A stretch of DNA of 60,503 nucleotides, counting the filler, from Squatina squatina (Eukaryota): assembly GCA_031763465.1 (NCBI GenBank). It is 3 parts of 2 records of this genome, joined end to end, with 100 filler letters (N's around TTAATTAATTAA, not from the genome) between each part and the next. Parts side by side here need not be neighbours in the genome. Positions count along the whole stretch, not along the records: positions 43,428 to 60,503 come from JARFOE010000007.1; 2 more parts are not named here. The stretch is one strand, 5' to 3'. The position numbers and the translations under genes are program-made. Positions 48,623 to 60,503 of this stretch are shown piece after piece (position 1 is the stretch's first letter; each line of letters begins with the position of its first letter). Below the pieces are notes generated by a model, which saw only the letters and a program-made list of their open reading frames with translations, was not told where the DNA came from and did not search any database.

Positions 48623-49647
48623 AATCTTCGGACGGAGTTTTTCTGGTGCTCGGAAATGCGAAAGATTTCATCGTTTCATTTGATATTAAATTCTTAACAA
48701 ATGGGAGTGTTTCAGTGGTACTGGAGACAACCGAAAAGAACCAGCTGTTTACAATTCACTATGTCACAAACACNNNNNNNNNNNNNNNNNNNNNNNNNNN
48801 NNNNNNNNNNNNNNNNNNNNNNNNNNNNNNNNNNNNNNNNNNNNNNNNNNNNNNNNNNNNNNNNNNNNNNNNNNNNNNNNNNNNNNNNNNNNNNNNNNNN
48901 NNNNNNNNNNNNNNNNNNNNNNNNNNNNNNNNNNNNNNNNNNNNNNNNNNNNNNNNNNNNNNNNNNNNNNNNNNNNNNNNNNNNNNNNNNNNNNNNNNNN
49001 CTGCCTTCTTTGCTGCCAGCGATTGGCTGGTAAGAAATCAGGATGAAAAGGGTGGCTGGCCAATTATGGTGACGCGTAAGTTAGGTGAGGGTTTTAAGTC
49101 TTTGGAGCCTGGCTGGTATTCGGCCATGGCACAGGGTCAAGCCATGTCTACACTAGTAAGGGCCTATTTGCTTACAAAAGAACAGGTGTACCTCAATTCA
49201 GCCTTACGGGCAGTAGTGCCCTATACTCTCAAGTCAGAGGATCATGGGGTAAAAGCAGTGTTTATGAATAAATACGATTGGTATGAAGAATACCCAACTG
49301 TTCCCAGCTCTTTTGTTCTGAATGGTTTCATATACTCTCTACTGGGTCTGTATGACCTGAAAGAAACTGCAGGTGAGAAACTAGGACAAGAAGCTAAAAA
49401 ACTGTATGAGCGAGGCATGGAGTCTTTGAAAGCCATGCTTCCATTGTATGACACTGGCTCAGGTACAATCTATGATCTCCGCCATTTCATGCTTGGTACA
49501 GCTCCAAACTTGGCACGTTGGGACTACCACACCACCCACATCAACCAGCTACAACTGCTGAGCACAGTTGAAGATGCACCTATCTTTAAGGAATTTTTAA
49601 AGAGATGGAAGTCTTATTTAAAAGGAGGGAGGGCAAAGCACAACTAG
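48623..49647 (+). CDS. GLCE: GLCE final coding exon (internal 227-N gap), ends RAKHN-stop
   Basis: ttcttttcag|(E)[15 protein letters not shown]...[11 protein letters not shown]...[16 protein letters not shown]...YDLRH...[16 protein letters not shown]...[15 protein letters not shown]. Confidence 0.98.
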
Positions 49648-52600
49648 AGCTGAAAGCCAAATTATAATATGAATCATACATATAATATATAAGGGAAGGT
49701 TCCTTAATTTAAACATTTTTATAAGTGTACAAATAGTACCTTTTGTATCCCTGCCATCTGCCTAATGGCACACTTGAAGAGTGTAACAATCAGTAACTCT
49801 CTATATTTAAAAAAAAATCAAATGGTTGCGAAGAATTATCCCTGCCTAAAAATCCTTGTTTGTCTTTTGCCTTTCTGTAAGTGGAGACACTGTCATTAAC
49901 TGGAGGTGATTTAAGCTTTCAATTCTCCATGCTAATTCACCACCTGAACACTTTCGACCCCTTTCCGACAGTCCATCCACGTCAGTCAGCACTGTTTGCT
50001 TTATAAGCATATGCTTTTATTTCTGCCTTTGTCTTCTTTCCATTCAGGTGGGAAGTTGAGGATGACATGGCCTGCTGTAGCAGAGGAATACCAGTGGCTG
50101 TGGGCTGCATTTAGGTTTGGGGTTGAGAATGTTTTGAACTCAGCAACTCTCTTCTCATTCCCCCAATTACTTGTGTATCCCCCACCCTTTGCTCCCATCA
50201 CAGTCCCTACCCTTCACCTTCTCACTACCATTCCTATTTTCGAATGCCTCACTCTCATTAGTGCCTTATCTCACCTCCTTTGAACTACTCACTAAATCCC
50301 TGCATCTTCCCCTCCCCATGCCTCCTTCATGCTCACCTCACCTTTAATCTGCTACCCACCCTCCCCCGATCTCACTCACTCCAAGGACAGGTGGTGAGAG
50401 ATGAGAGACTGCCTCTGCTTCAAACTATTTTCCTCAAAGAGGCTTTGTTTGCTTTCATATTTCAATTAAAAAATCAAATTAGTATGAGGAAAGACAGTTA
50501 GTCTCTCGCTCTCTAGCTGTGTAATACTCTTATGTATGTCTCACAACTGTAAGCAATCAGCATTCTCAACTGTAAACTGAACACAGTTGGGTTCAAAATT
50601 TAATTATATTTTTAAAGCTACACTGTTAGCATAAAGGGCAGACACACGCACATACATTTCTCAGGTTAATACACTTTCTGATGTTTATAGAACACAAAAC
50701 CAAATCTGCAACAAATGTGTATTCAGTAGTAAATTTTCCCCAATCTTTCTCACAAACACACACACACAAAGCCTCCCTTTAAAACAAGCAGCATACATTT
50801 TACTTGAATAAAGCTTTCAAAATTTGTTCTCTAGCTTTTTTCAAATAATTTTGAAAAATAACTGACAAGAAATTGCTCGTAGCTGGAGAAAAATATTTGA
50901 TTGGTATGGTTGACTGAAAGCATCCTGAAATTAGATAGACTGCACATGCTCAGACTGCACATTCCAAATCCAGATCACAGCTTCAGGTAGAAATATTCAG
51001 TCCAAGCCCACACTCCTGAGAGGCTGAGGTTTGCAAGTAAAAACTCTAATGAAGGCGTTAAAAGACACAAAAGACAATTCAATGGATACATTGAATCATG
51101 AAACGTAATTTTAAAAATCTTTATTTTGTTTAACCTTTATTTTGGTGATTAGAAATTTCAGTTATTAAAAAAGGCAGTGACAAACATTCAGAAAGCATTT
51201 TTAATGATGGTGTAATTACAGAGTGACAAATTTATATGGGTATAAAACCTATTGTAAATTTGGAAATTGGAGTTTAGAATGGTTAAAAAATTTGTACAGA
51301 AGTGTGACAGAACCAGAAAGTAACATTTTGAATATAGGAAATGCATGTCGATGTGAGATTTTTTAGTGAGATGCAGATAGATTGAGCAGCAAGGGAAATA
51401 NNNNNNNNNNNNNNNNNNNNNNNNNNNNNNNNNNNNNNNNNNNNNNNNNNNNNNNNNNNNNNNNNNNNNNNNNNNNNNNNNNNNNNNNNNNNNNNNNNNN
51501 TAAAAAGTCCTTTGAAGCTTATTGCTCATTTAGCTTTTGATGCACATGGCAAAGCACAACATGCAAAAAAGATTAAAAATGTAACTGCACAAGTATAGTA
51601 ATATATATGTATAGTGGGTCTTGTAATACAGTGCAAGGGGTGAATTTGGTTTCCAATTGAATCACAAAGTTTCAAATGGTGGTTGGTGCCATTTCCACCC
51701 TTTCTTTTGCCTCCCTGACACTTTTTACCCCACCCCCTTCATTCATGAAGAACTCTTTCTCCATTTGTGGCCCATTTGTATAGTAGTAACCTAGACTGAA
51801 CCTTGTTTTGAGGGCACGTTGTAATAATTACTGTGTGATTATGTTCATACAATTAGGATTTTTTTTTAAGTCTTGTTTGATTGCAATTAATTTGTTTGTG
51901 TGATTTGGGCATTGCTTGCTTCCCTCCCACCCCACGATAACCAGTGTGATAAAAGAACCTTGTAATGGGAATGTTGATTTAAGGAGACAACTGTGGGACC
52001 TAGTCCACTTTTTGCAGTTGCGCACATTCACAGCCTGGATTAAAAACAGAAAATGCTGAAAATGCACAGCAATTGGGTCAGCATCCTTAAAGAGAAAAGG
52101 CAGGTTATAAACCATTTGGGTGCATACCTTTTATTCTTTTTGATGAATGCTACTTTAGGTCAATAATCGATCACCTATCTTTGTAGGTGCTGACTGACCT
52201 ATTTGTATTTCTAGTTTATTATGTTCATATTTTCAGATTTGCATTATCTGTTCTATTTTTCTCTATATTTGAAAGCCTGCCTTGACTAAAACAGCAGGGG
52301 GTGGGAGGGGAGGTTGAAGCTATATTGTTGCTGTATTTTAAAGTAGTGTGCATTCGATAATAAAATATCACCAGCCCAGAAATGGATTTGAATGCCAAAA
52401 TCATTTGGATAATGTGAAAGGCACCTAAGGATATTTTCATAATTATTTTGGTTGCTAGAGTATCTCCCCATGTTCCAAAAAAAAAGACTTTTTTCCCTAG
52501 CATTTATCATCTATTATAGCCTTCTCCAAATAGATCCAAAATAGTTACTGGGGAGTGGGAGAAAGGGGGAAATACATTACATCTGGTATATTTAGAATCT

Positions 52601-53849
52601 GGGAAACGGCTTGACTTGGGTTTCCTTACCATTTTGCCATTTGATAGCCTAGGAAACAAAGGATTAAATGATGGGTGGTGGAAATGTTGCCCAGTTTCCT
52701 TTTTATTTAAGCCTAATTTTCGCAGTGACTTTTTTTCATATATGGGACCAGACCGCTGTTTGGATGTTACGAACATTGATGCATAGAATGAAGAGTTTGC
52801 TTCAGTGCTGATGTGGCCATTTGATTCAATCACAAGTTAGATTGTTTGGAAGTCGCACCTTCCGGCTCTCCTAATATTTCGCCAAATCCTATTTCTAGCC
52901 ACAAATGGAGCAGGCTTTATAAGATCTGATTTTGCTATTCCTGAGTAATTAGTTGATCCAAATCAGTGAACCAACANNNNNNNNNNNNNNNNNNNNNNNN
53001 NNNNNNNNNNNNNNNNNNNNNNNNNNNNNNNNNNNNNNNNNNNNNNNNNNNNNNNNNNNNNNNNNNNNNNNNNNNNNNNNNNNNNNNNNNNNNNNNNNNN
53101 NNNNNNNNNNNNNNNNNNNNNNNNNNNNNNNNNNNNNNNNNNNNNNNNNNNNNNNNNNNNNNNNNNNNNNNNNNNNNNNNNNNNNNNNNNNNNNNNNNNN
53201 NNNNNNNNNNNNNNNNNNNNNNNNNNNNNNNNNNNNNNNNNNNNNNNNNNNNNNNNNNNNNNNNNNNNNNNNNNNNNNNNNNNNNNNNNNNNNNNNNNNN
53301 NNNNNNNNNNNNNNNNNNNNNNNNNNNNNNNNNNNNNNNNNNNNNNNNNNNNNNNNNNNNNNNNNNNNNNNNNNNNNNNNNNNNNNNNNNNNNNNNNNNN
53401 NNNNNNNNNNNNNNNNNNNNNNNNNNNNNNNNNNNNNNNNNNNNNNNNNNNNNNNNNNNNNNNNNNNNNNNNNNNNNNNNNNNNNNNNNNNNNNNNNNNN
53501 NNNNNNNNNNNNNNNNNNNNNNNNNNNNNNNNNNNNNNNNNNNNNNNNNNNNNNNNNNNNNNNNNNNNNNNNNNNNNNNNNNNNNNNNNNNNNNNNNNNN
53601 NNNNNNNNNNNNNNNNNNNNNNNNNNNNNNNNNNNNNNNNNNNNNNNNNNNNNNNNNNNNNNNNNNNNNNNNNNNNNNNNNNNNNNNNNNNNNNNNNNNN
53701 NNNNNNNNNNNNNNNNCTTTGTGCCGATGTACCCGGTCTGGACAATGCGCAAGACTTTCACTGAAAGCTGCTATTTTCATTCACACTGTAATTTTTATCA
53801 TTTTAACTTGTATTTTTACACGTGGATTTGAACCATATGTTGGATATGC

Positions 53850-54135
53850 AATAAACTGTTTACTGAACACTGCTGCCTGTTGACAGGGTGAGACAGTGTT
53901 GTAGAGCTGTACCGATTTGCATTTGTTAAGCACAATGTGCACACAGTAGTACAGCTTTGCCATTTTGTACACGGCAAGAATTCATAATTTTTTCAAATAA
54001 AGTGACTATATACTACTATGTTTATATAAAAAATATTGATTGGATCAATCTTTGCTGTGCTGAGTATCTTTGCTTACTGAAGTTGTACAATAAAACATTT
54101 TCTAAAAAGGGGCTTCTTAGTTCTGTTTGTTTTGT
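53850..54135 (+). terminator. Cluster of polyadenylation signals, possibly the distal GLCE 3' end
   Basis: AATAAA at 53850, 53996 and 54089, the last followed by GT-rich ttctgtttgttttgtt. Assignment to GLCE crosses two gaps. Confidence 0.45.
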
Positions 54136-56943
54136 TAATCCGCTGTTGCATTAATATAGTGTTTACACTACTGTTCAGTCTGCGGTTACAGACCTATTCA
54201 TTTTCCTGAACAAAGGGTCTTTGAGTCCTATTCCTGCATGTCTAAAATTCTATGTTCATTGTCCGCTGGGCAATAACCTTCAGTTTCCTAAAATGTTACT
54301 AGCAGCAAAATAGCACCTCCAGCCTTGTCACTTTCCAGAAATGGTTCCACGATATGAACCGGTCACAGGATGATTACTGGTCTCGAATCCTTCTGCATGA
54401 ACATGGATTGAGGAATCTTAAGTTATGTTCACATGCAAAGGAAAATTAACACTAGCACGGTGCTGTAAGTGGAGAAAAATAATGCATGTGTCATCAGTAC
54501 TTCTGGACAAACCAATCTGAGTATTTTAACACACTAGGTTTAGACTGACCGTGATTGTTTTGTTTGCCTGATTTGTCTGAACAACTAATGTTTGCCAATT
54601 GGAGCCCACTACATTTAAAGTAACAAAGCACCCCTGTAGTTGAATAATGGGGTGCTGTATTACTTTTAACACAAAATGTCCTCTGTTTCTTTGGAAAGGA
54701 TTCATTATTTGGATATAGTGACATGTGCTTTTTACTTTTTTCTTGTTTCAACATGTTTTCCTGATTCTAGTTTCCCCAACCCTTCCCAACTCCACAGTTG
54801 ACCCTTATCCCAGTAAATCTCCATGCACAGTAGGATAGGATAAAAATGCTTGTCTCTACAAATAGCAAAAAAAAATTGTTATAAATGTGATGCAGTGTTA
54901 TAATTGAATGCAACACTGCTGCTGTACTATAACTCTGGCATCATTGATTAAAATGGCACACTTCTTCTGACCTGTCTCCTTTTCTGCAGAAAATTAGTTT
55001 TGCCAGATGCTTTTTAAACAAGGTACAGAATCCATTTTGCTTGCATGTCTGAATTTGAGTGCTACAGATTGGTTACCCCAGNNNNNNNNNNNNNNNNNNN
55101 NNNNNNNNNNNNNNNNNNNNNNNNNNNNNNNNNNNNNNNNNNNNNNNNNNNNNNNNNNNNNNNNNNNNNNNNNNNNNNNNNTATAAAGAATGCACTTTAT
55201 TATCTGCTTGCGGCAACTGTAATGTTTGTTGTCGTGTAAATGATCACTGGCGATAGGTCTGCAATGCAGTGTTCAGGGGAAGGGCTGCTGGAGAACTGAA
55301 CAAGTGTAGCGTGAGGGGGCAATTAATCTTCTTTGGAAATACGGTACAGAATGGATAGAATCTCTGATAGTTCAACCTTCGCGGCAGACGGCAAAGCAGA
55401 CACGGACTGCCACTTTAAGTGCCAAATCTGTTTACCACTCATCATTCTCTAGATTTAGGTCAGTCTCATTAAATACCTGAAACTCAACTAACTGGGTCCA
55501 GTAAGCGCATTACTGCAAAGAACGTTGAAATGATTTTAAACAATGACTGTGATAATATCATTACAGAAATTCAAAGCAAGGGGAGTGACAAACAATGTAT
55601 CTGACTCGGTTACAGATCTTGGCACAAGCCTGTATTTTATTATTTTACAGTTCCTAAGGTAACTGATGGATAATAAAAGTGCTGTGTGAAAATTGCATGG
55701 TGGAATTGGAGAAGATATATTCAGTTTCAGTAAACAACTATCCCACAGCCCCCTCCGGTGTGGTAGTGTATGGACTGTTCCATTGCTAAGGAAGTGTACA
55801 TCTTGGAAACATGTTTGTTTCAGTTACAAAAATTAATCAAATAATCAAACATACTAATGGAATGCTGGCCTTTATATCCAGAGGACTAGAATACAAGGGG
55901 GTAGAAGTTATGCTGCAGCTGTACACAGCCCTGGATAGACCACACCTGGAGCACTGTGAGTAGCTCTGGTCATCACACCTTAGGGAGGATATATTGACCT
56001 TGCAGANNNNNNNNNNNNNNNNNNNNNNNNNNNNNNNNNNNNNNNNNNNNNNNNNNNNNNNNNNNNNNNNNNNNNNNNNNNNNNNNNNNNNNNNNNNNNN
56101 NNNNNNAAGAAATGAAGTACATTCCTGTTTAAAACAAATGCATCTCTCAAAGGATAGGCTGTGCCTTTACTGGATGTGTGGTAATCTTTAATATGCTTGT
56201 GCCTGGTGCTGTGGCTATTTAGATTACACCATGCGGGTTTTTATTCAACTTTGATAGAAAACTGCCCTTGGGGCAAGTTGAAGGTCAGTTCAGCTGTTTT
56301 ACCTCTGGTATTCGGGCATGCACTTCCTCCAATTAAAGGAGGAAAAAGCTCTCTCACTCATGCCCAGCCTCTGAGTGGAAAATGGCATTGTGCCTTTCCT
56401 CTGGAGCAGATTTGATTGTGCTACGTTCTGAGAGGCCTGGCTTTGCGAGCTGGGGGAAGAGGAATAGACATGTTTCGAGGTAGCTGGAGCAGTGGGTGAC
56501 CTTGTCATCGGGGTGGCTAAGGGCTAATTATTAACTTAAATGCAAGGAGAACTATTCATCACTGTTGAGCTGTGTCAGACCCAACCTAGGGCTGTGATCC
56601 TGAGAAAATGGGCCACCCTTCAAGGATACAGTCTCAATATTGCTCCCCACCTGTGGCCAGGTACAGCAAATAAGCACTGCGAGGTAAAGTTACCGTTGGC
56701 GATCCCAATCTTCCGCCGTAACTTCAGCAGGAAGAACAGCAGGAACCCGGAAATGCCGTTTCTCTGGTGTAAAGTTTTACTCTGCACCTCACCCTGCACA
56801 TTAATGTCTAAATGGGGCCTCTTNNNNNNNNNNNNNNNNNNNNNNNNNNNNNNNNNNNNNNNNNNNNNNNNNNNNNNNNNNNNNNNNNNNNNNNNNNNNN
56901 NNNNNNNNNNNNNNNNNNNNNNNCCCACAGGCCAGGTGTTTAC

Positions 56944-57061
56944 CTTTGGTATGCTGTATTATTCTCTGGACAATCACGGGATACTTGGTAATCCTTTGAG
57001 TAACCAGCAATATACATTCCTGGATTCCTAATCTTCGAACTATGGAACTAGTCATTTTTTT
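56944..57061 (-). CDS. AKAP13: AKAP13 (Lbc RhoGEF) DH-domain exon (118 nt)
   Basis: ttgtttttccag|[39 protein letters not shown]+G|gtaaac. [10 protein letters not shown] is the Lbc-family motif; KKMxSS is AKAP13-like. Confidence 0.88.
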
Positions 57062-57174
57062 CTGGAAAAACAAAATAAGACCTTTTAGGGCATGCATTCC
57101 CAGATGGCAGATTTCAAACTCTTCTGCTTTACAATCAGCAGGCTGCTGCCTGGCTGAGCGGAACCGACACACAC

Positions 57175-57300
57175 CCGGACAAAGGCCTGGAACTTCTTCT
57201 CTCGCGCCAACAGCTCCTTGCAACAATTCACCGCGTCGTTGTGCTGGCCGCAGAACTTGCCATAGATCTTCTTCATTCGCTCGGCGCTCGGTCCAGAGAA
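57175..57300 (-). CDS. AKAP13: AKAP13 DH-domain exon (126 nt, phase 0-0)
   Basis: ttttatttggcag|[42 protein letters not shown]|gtgtgt; YGKFCGQHN and FQAFV match AKAP13 better than ARHGEF2/18 as recalled. Confidence 0.88.
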
Positions 57301-60099
57301 CTGCCAAATAAAACAGCGTATTACCGGTTAAGAAGGACAGCAAGACAGTAATCATTACAGGTCAAGACCCAAGTAGATGCCATGGTCATAAAAGGAGATG
57401 CTTTTGTTGGCCTCAGACTTTTGGAATAAAAAAAAATACTGAGGCAACCCAACTGAGGTTTTCAAGATTATGACGGGAGTTGCCAAAACCTTTCGAGTTT
57501 AACGTTTTGTCTGAAAGTCAGCGCCTCCGACAGTGCAGTCCCGCTTAGGGCACTATTTCACTCCAACTGGTGTCCGNNNNNNNNNNNNNNNNNNNNNNNN
57601 NNNNNNNNNNNNNNNNNNNNNNNNNNNNNNNNNNNNNNNNNNNNNNNNNNNNNNNNNNNNNNNNNNNNNNNNNNNNTATACCATCACTTATGCTTAATGC
57701 AAGACAGCTGTCTCTGCTACTTCATAAACAAATGCTTGGACTCAATTTGATGTTCTGAATATTTTCATTTTAACCAACGTGTTGGGCTCAACATTAAATG
57801 AAACGAAACCCGTCTTTACAGGAACAATTGTATCGTAGATTAAGTTAGCACTTTTTTTCTCTTCTGATAGTCTGTTAATGTAAAAATTTTTAATATACAC
57901 ATTACAGCTTCAAATGTCTTAACAGGGAACACAAAATAAAACATGTGCAAAAGATTTATAAAAAAAAAACGAAGCCATATTGAAATGTTAGACACTAAGA
58001 TTGAAGATGCAAGTCTCTTACAACAGATTATAAACAGGAAACCGAGCAAAGGCAGCCAACATGAGGACATTAACGGTCGTAAACATTTAAGCTTTCGACT
58101 CCCGAGCAGACACGACACAGCACACAATCACCTTCACTCTGTCACCTACCAACTTGAACGGACTGGTGTGCGAAACATAAAATTTAATCCACGACATAAC
58201 TCGGACCGGGAGAAGTCTTCTTTTCACATGCTGGTTACAAAAGAAAGTGGGCTGGCTGTCTCGACTTGCCATGACGTGCATCTCAGTCAGAGGAAGTTGG
58301 GGTCTGGAGAGGGGGAGGCTGCCCTTTACAGGGTCTCAGTCACCAAGTTGTTGAGAAGCGTTAAGCTTAAAATAAATTTTCCCTCTCCTTTTTTGAACCA
58401 AAACATTTTGGGTGCGTTGTAAAGGCTCTCCCACACATTTTTACAATTGCTATAAGCTTCACTCCTTTTACATTAATCCGAGAACTAAACTTTGGACAAC
58501 AATTCTGCTCGATAAATAAAATCAGCAGCCTACAACTGAATTTTTAGGCGTTTCNNNNNNNNNNNNNNNNNNNNNNNNNNNNNNNNNNNNNNNNNNNNNN
58601 NNNNNNNNNNNNNNNNNNNNNNNNNNNNNNNNNNNNNNNNNNNNNNNNNNNNNNGTTTTTTCGGTTGCGCGGCCCATTCAATTTTTCGCGCCCGCGCAGT
58701 TATTTCAATTGAAAAGCTGGGAAGCGGCCTGCACGGGACCTCCAGATCACTGCATGGCTGCGCAGCTTAGCGGGGACATTGGTTACGGGGTCTTTAACTG
58801 TCACCTGAACCATTAGAAGAGATAAACAGGCCTTTGGTTCAGTGTCTCATGTGAAAGAAGACATCTCTGACAGTTCAGCACTTCACTAGAGGATCAGCCT
58901 AGATTATGTGTTCAAGTACCGGAGTGAGATTCAAACCCATAAGTTACTGACTCAAGAGGCGAGAGCACAACCAACTGAACCAAGCTTGTATTTAATCGAA
59001 GGAACGGGTGTGGGGGTGGGAGCAGAGGAAACTCTCATGCATTTAAAATTGTAAAAATTACACTCAAGTGATTAGAGACGTAATGGAAAAAAATACCTAA
59101 ACTAGCTTCCCAAATAAGGTAATCAATTTTGGAGTAAATTGGGAAAAAGGTTCCTGTTTGTCTCTAGCTACAATTCATGAGATGAAAAGGATTTTCCTCA
59201 CAGTCAATAGATGTCATTTGCAGAGTTCCTTCCTTTAATGGTTGCTACAGGATACTGTTAGGCCTTCAACAAAACATGTTCCACTGCGACCTTCTCACTT
59301 GACAGAACATGCATTGTTTAGGCTGACTGAATCAAGAATCTGTCAATAAAACTTTCCCTTCAACAAGCTTCCTGCTATTAGTTCCTAGTCGGGGCAAGAC
59401 TTTTAGCCTCAGTGCCACTGGGCTGAAGGGGGTTGTCACTTCTGCATGTTACNNNNNNNNNNNNNNNNNNNNNNNNNNNNNNNNNNNNNNNNNNNNNNNN
59501 NNNNNNNNNNNNNNNNNNNNNNNNNNNNNNNNNNNNNNNNNNNNNNNNNNNNGATCATTATTAGTTTAAAAGGGAGAAGAAAGAGAACACAACTGCATCT
59601 CCAGCTTCCTGTCGGAGTGGTACCACAGCAATTATTCACGGGCCAGTACAACTGAAAGGACTTGGCGAAAGTCTTGCTCCATATTCCAACCACGTCGGTC
59701 CCTTAATAACTGCCCTGATTCAATATCAGCCCAGCTGAAGCGCTGCTTACGTCAGAAGCTTATTGCTCCCAGATGCTTCGCAATTAGAAGTGAGTTGAAC
59801 AGCGAGTAATGGAGTCCGCTGGGAAAAGAACAGTTAATTTGCAAACAGGCCCGTGCCAGCTGGATTGCAACCCATAACGGCTCCTTAAAGAAGGATTACC
59901 AGTTCCCACGAAGACCCTGTACATAAAGACACTCGGTGTCATAATGAGCCATGCACTGCAGGCTGGGCCGCTGCTCGATGCTACTGTTGGCCCTCAGTGC
60001 TTTTGTGCTGGGTGAATGAAACATTGACCAAAGTTCCTGCACCCATTGAGCCCTGCCAGGCGTGTGCTGGAAGAGTCTACCTTGACGATGAGGCCCCCC

Positions 60100-60503
60100 C
60101 ACAGTCAAAGAGCCCGATGCCCACCCAACGCCTCGTCGTACATCCGGCGCGGGCTCCGGGATGCCCGCCGCCTACAGTCAAATAGTCAGCCGCCGTCCAG
60201 GCTCAGGCCACAGGAGCGGCCACGCACGGCGATTCCTCCGAGCGCTGGCTCTCCCTGGCCCCGTTCCGCCCCGGGCCAGCGCGGGGAGTGACGCCGACCG
60301 GGCTGGTGGACCGCGAAGGCCATCACCGCGCCGTTGGCTTCTGTCCTCCCGCCCTTCACCGGCGGCCCAGCGCTCGGGGTCGTCCTGACAGACCCGTAAA
60401 TCAAAAGGGGAGTTGGCCGGGGAGGGAGGTGCCCGCACAGCAAAGGCGATCGATTGGCCGGACCCGAATCGGGTGTCAAGCCTCTGGCGATGTCGAGTGG
60501 TTC
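60100..60503. other. GC/CpG-rich block (CpG island or GC-rich repeat)
   Basis: Dense CpG, no recognisable ORF; truncated by the window end. Confidence 0.4.

Noticed and set aside
30593-49647. A glycan-synthesis gene cluster (CHSY1, GLCE, plus CRPPA)
   Set aside because: The three genes lie in different blocks separated by artificial linkers, so co-occurrence is not evidence of a cluster.
52935-53883. Long ORFs of 260-305 aa and the many other X-containing ORFs
   Set aside because: Artefacts of translating through N gaps.

Overview
This is eukaryotic DNA, not prokaryotic. It looks like a fragmented, scaffolded genome of a cartilaginous fish, probably a shark; this is inferred from SacSINE1/Deu-type SINEs, CR1/L2 LINEs, Harbinger remnants and vertebrate orthologues. 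The window is dozens of ~0.5-3 kb contigs joined mostly by uniform 100-N gaps. Two artificial N44-TTAATTAATTAA-N44 linkers (23101-23200, 43328-43427) split it into three blocks. Block A (1-23100; genes whose human orthologues lie at 7p21) holds one CRPPA/ISPD exon and both coding exons of SOSTDC1 with a TATA box. Block B (23201-43327; human chr15 genes) holds exons of SPG21, ANKDD1A, SELENOS, CHSY1 and ALDH1A3. Block C (43428-60503) holds the last two coding exons of GLCE and two DH-domain exons of AKAP13. The CRPPA and ALDH1A3 exons are missing from the supplied ORF track and were read by hand. Gene identities rest on recalled human protein sequences plus splice-site and phase logic, not database searches. 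I found no convincing new biological system. The best leads are: absence of the human CHSY1 intron 1 within an exon of near-saturated GC3; an orphan ~200-bp CHSY1 exon fragment embedded in non-coding DNA; a 7-aa insertion in SOSTDC1; a retroviral-type integrase remnant; and a CR1-tail-derived 42-bp array bracketed by a 40-bp direct repeat.
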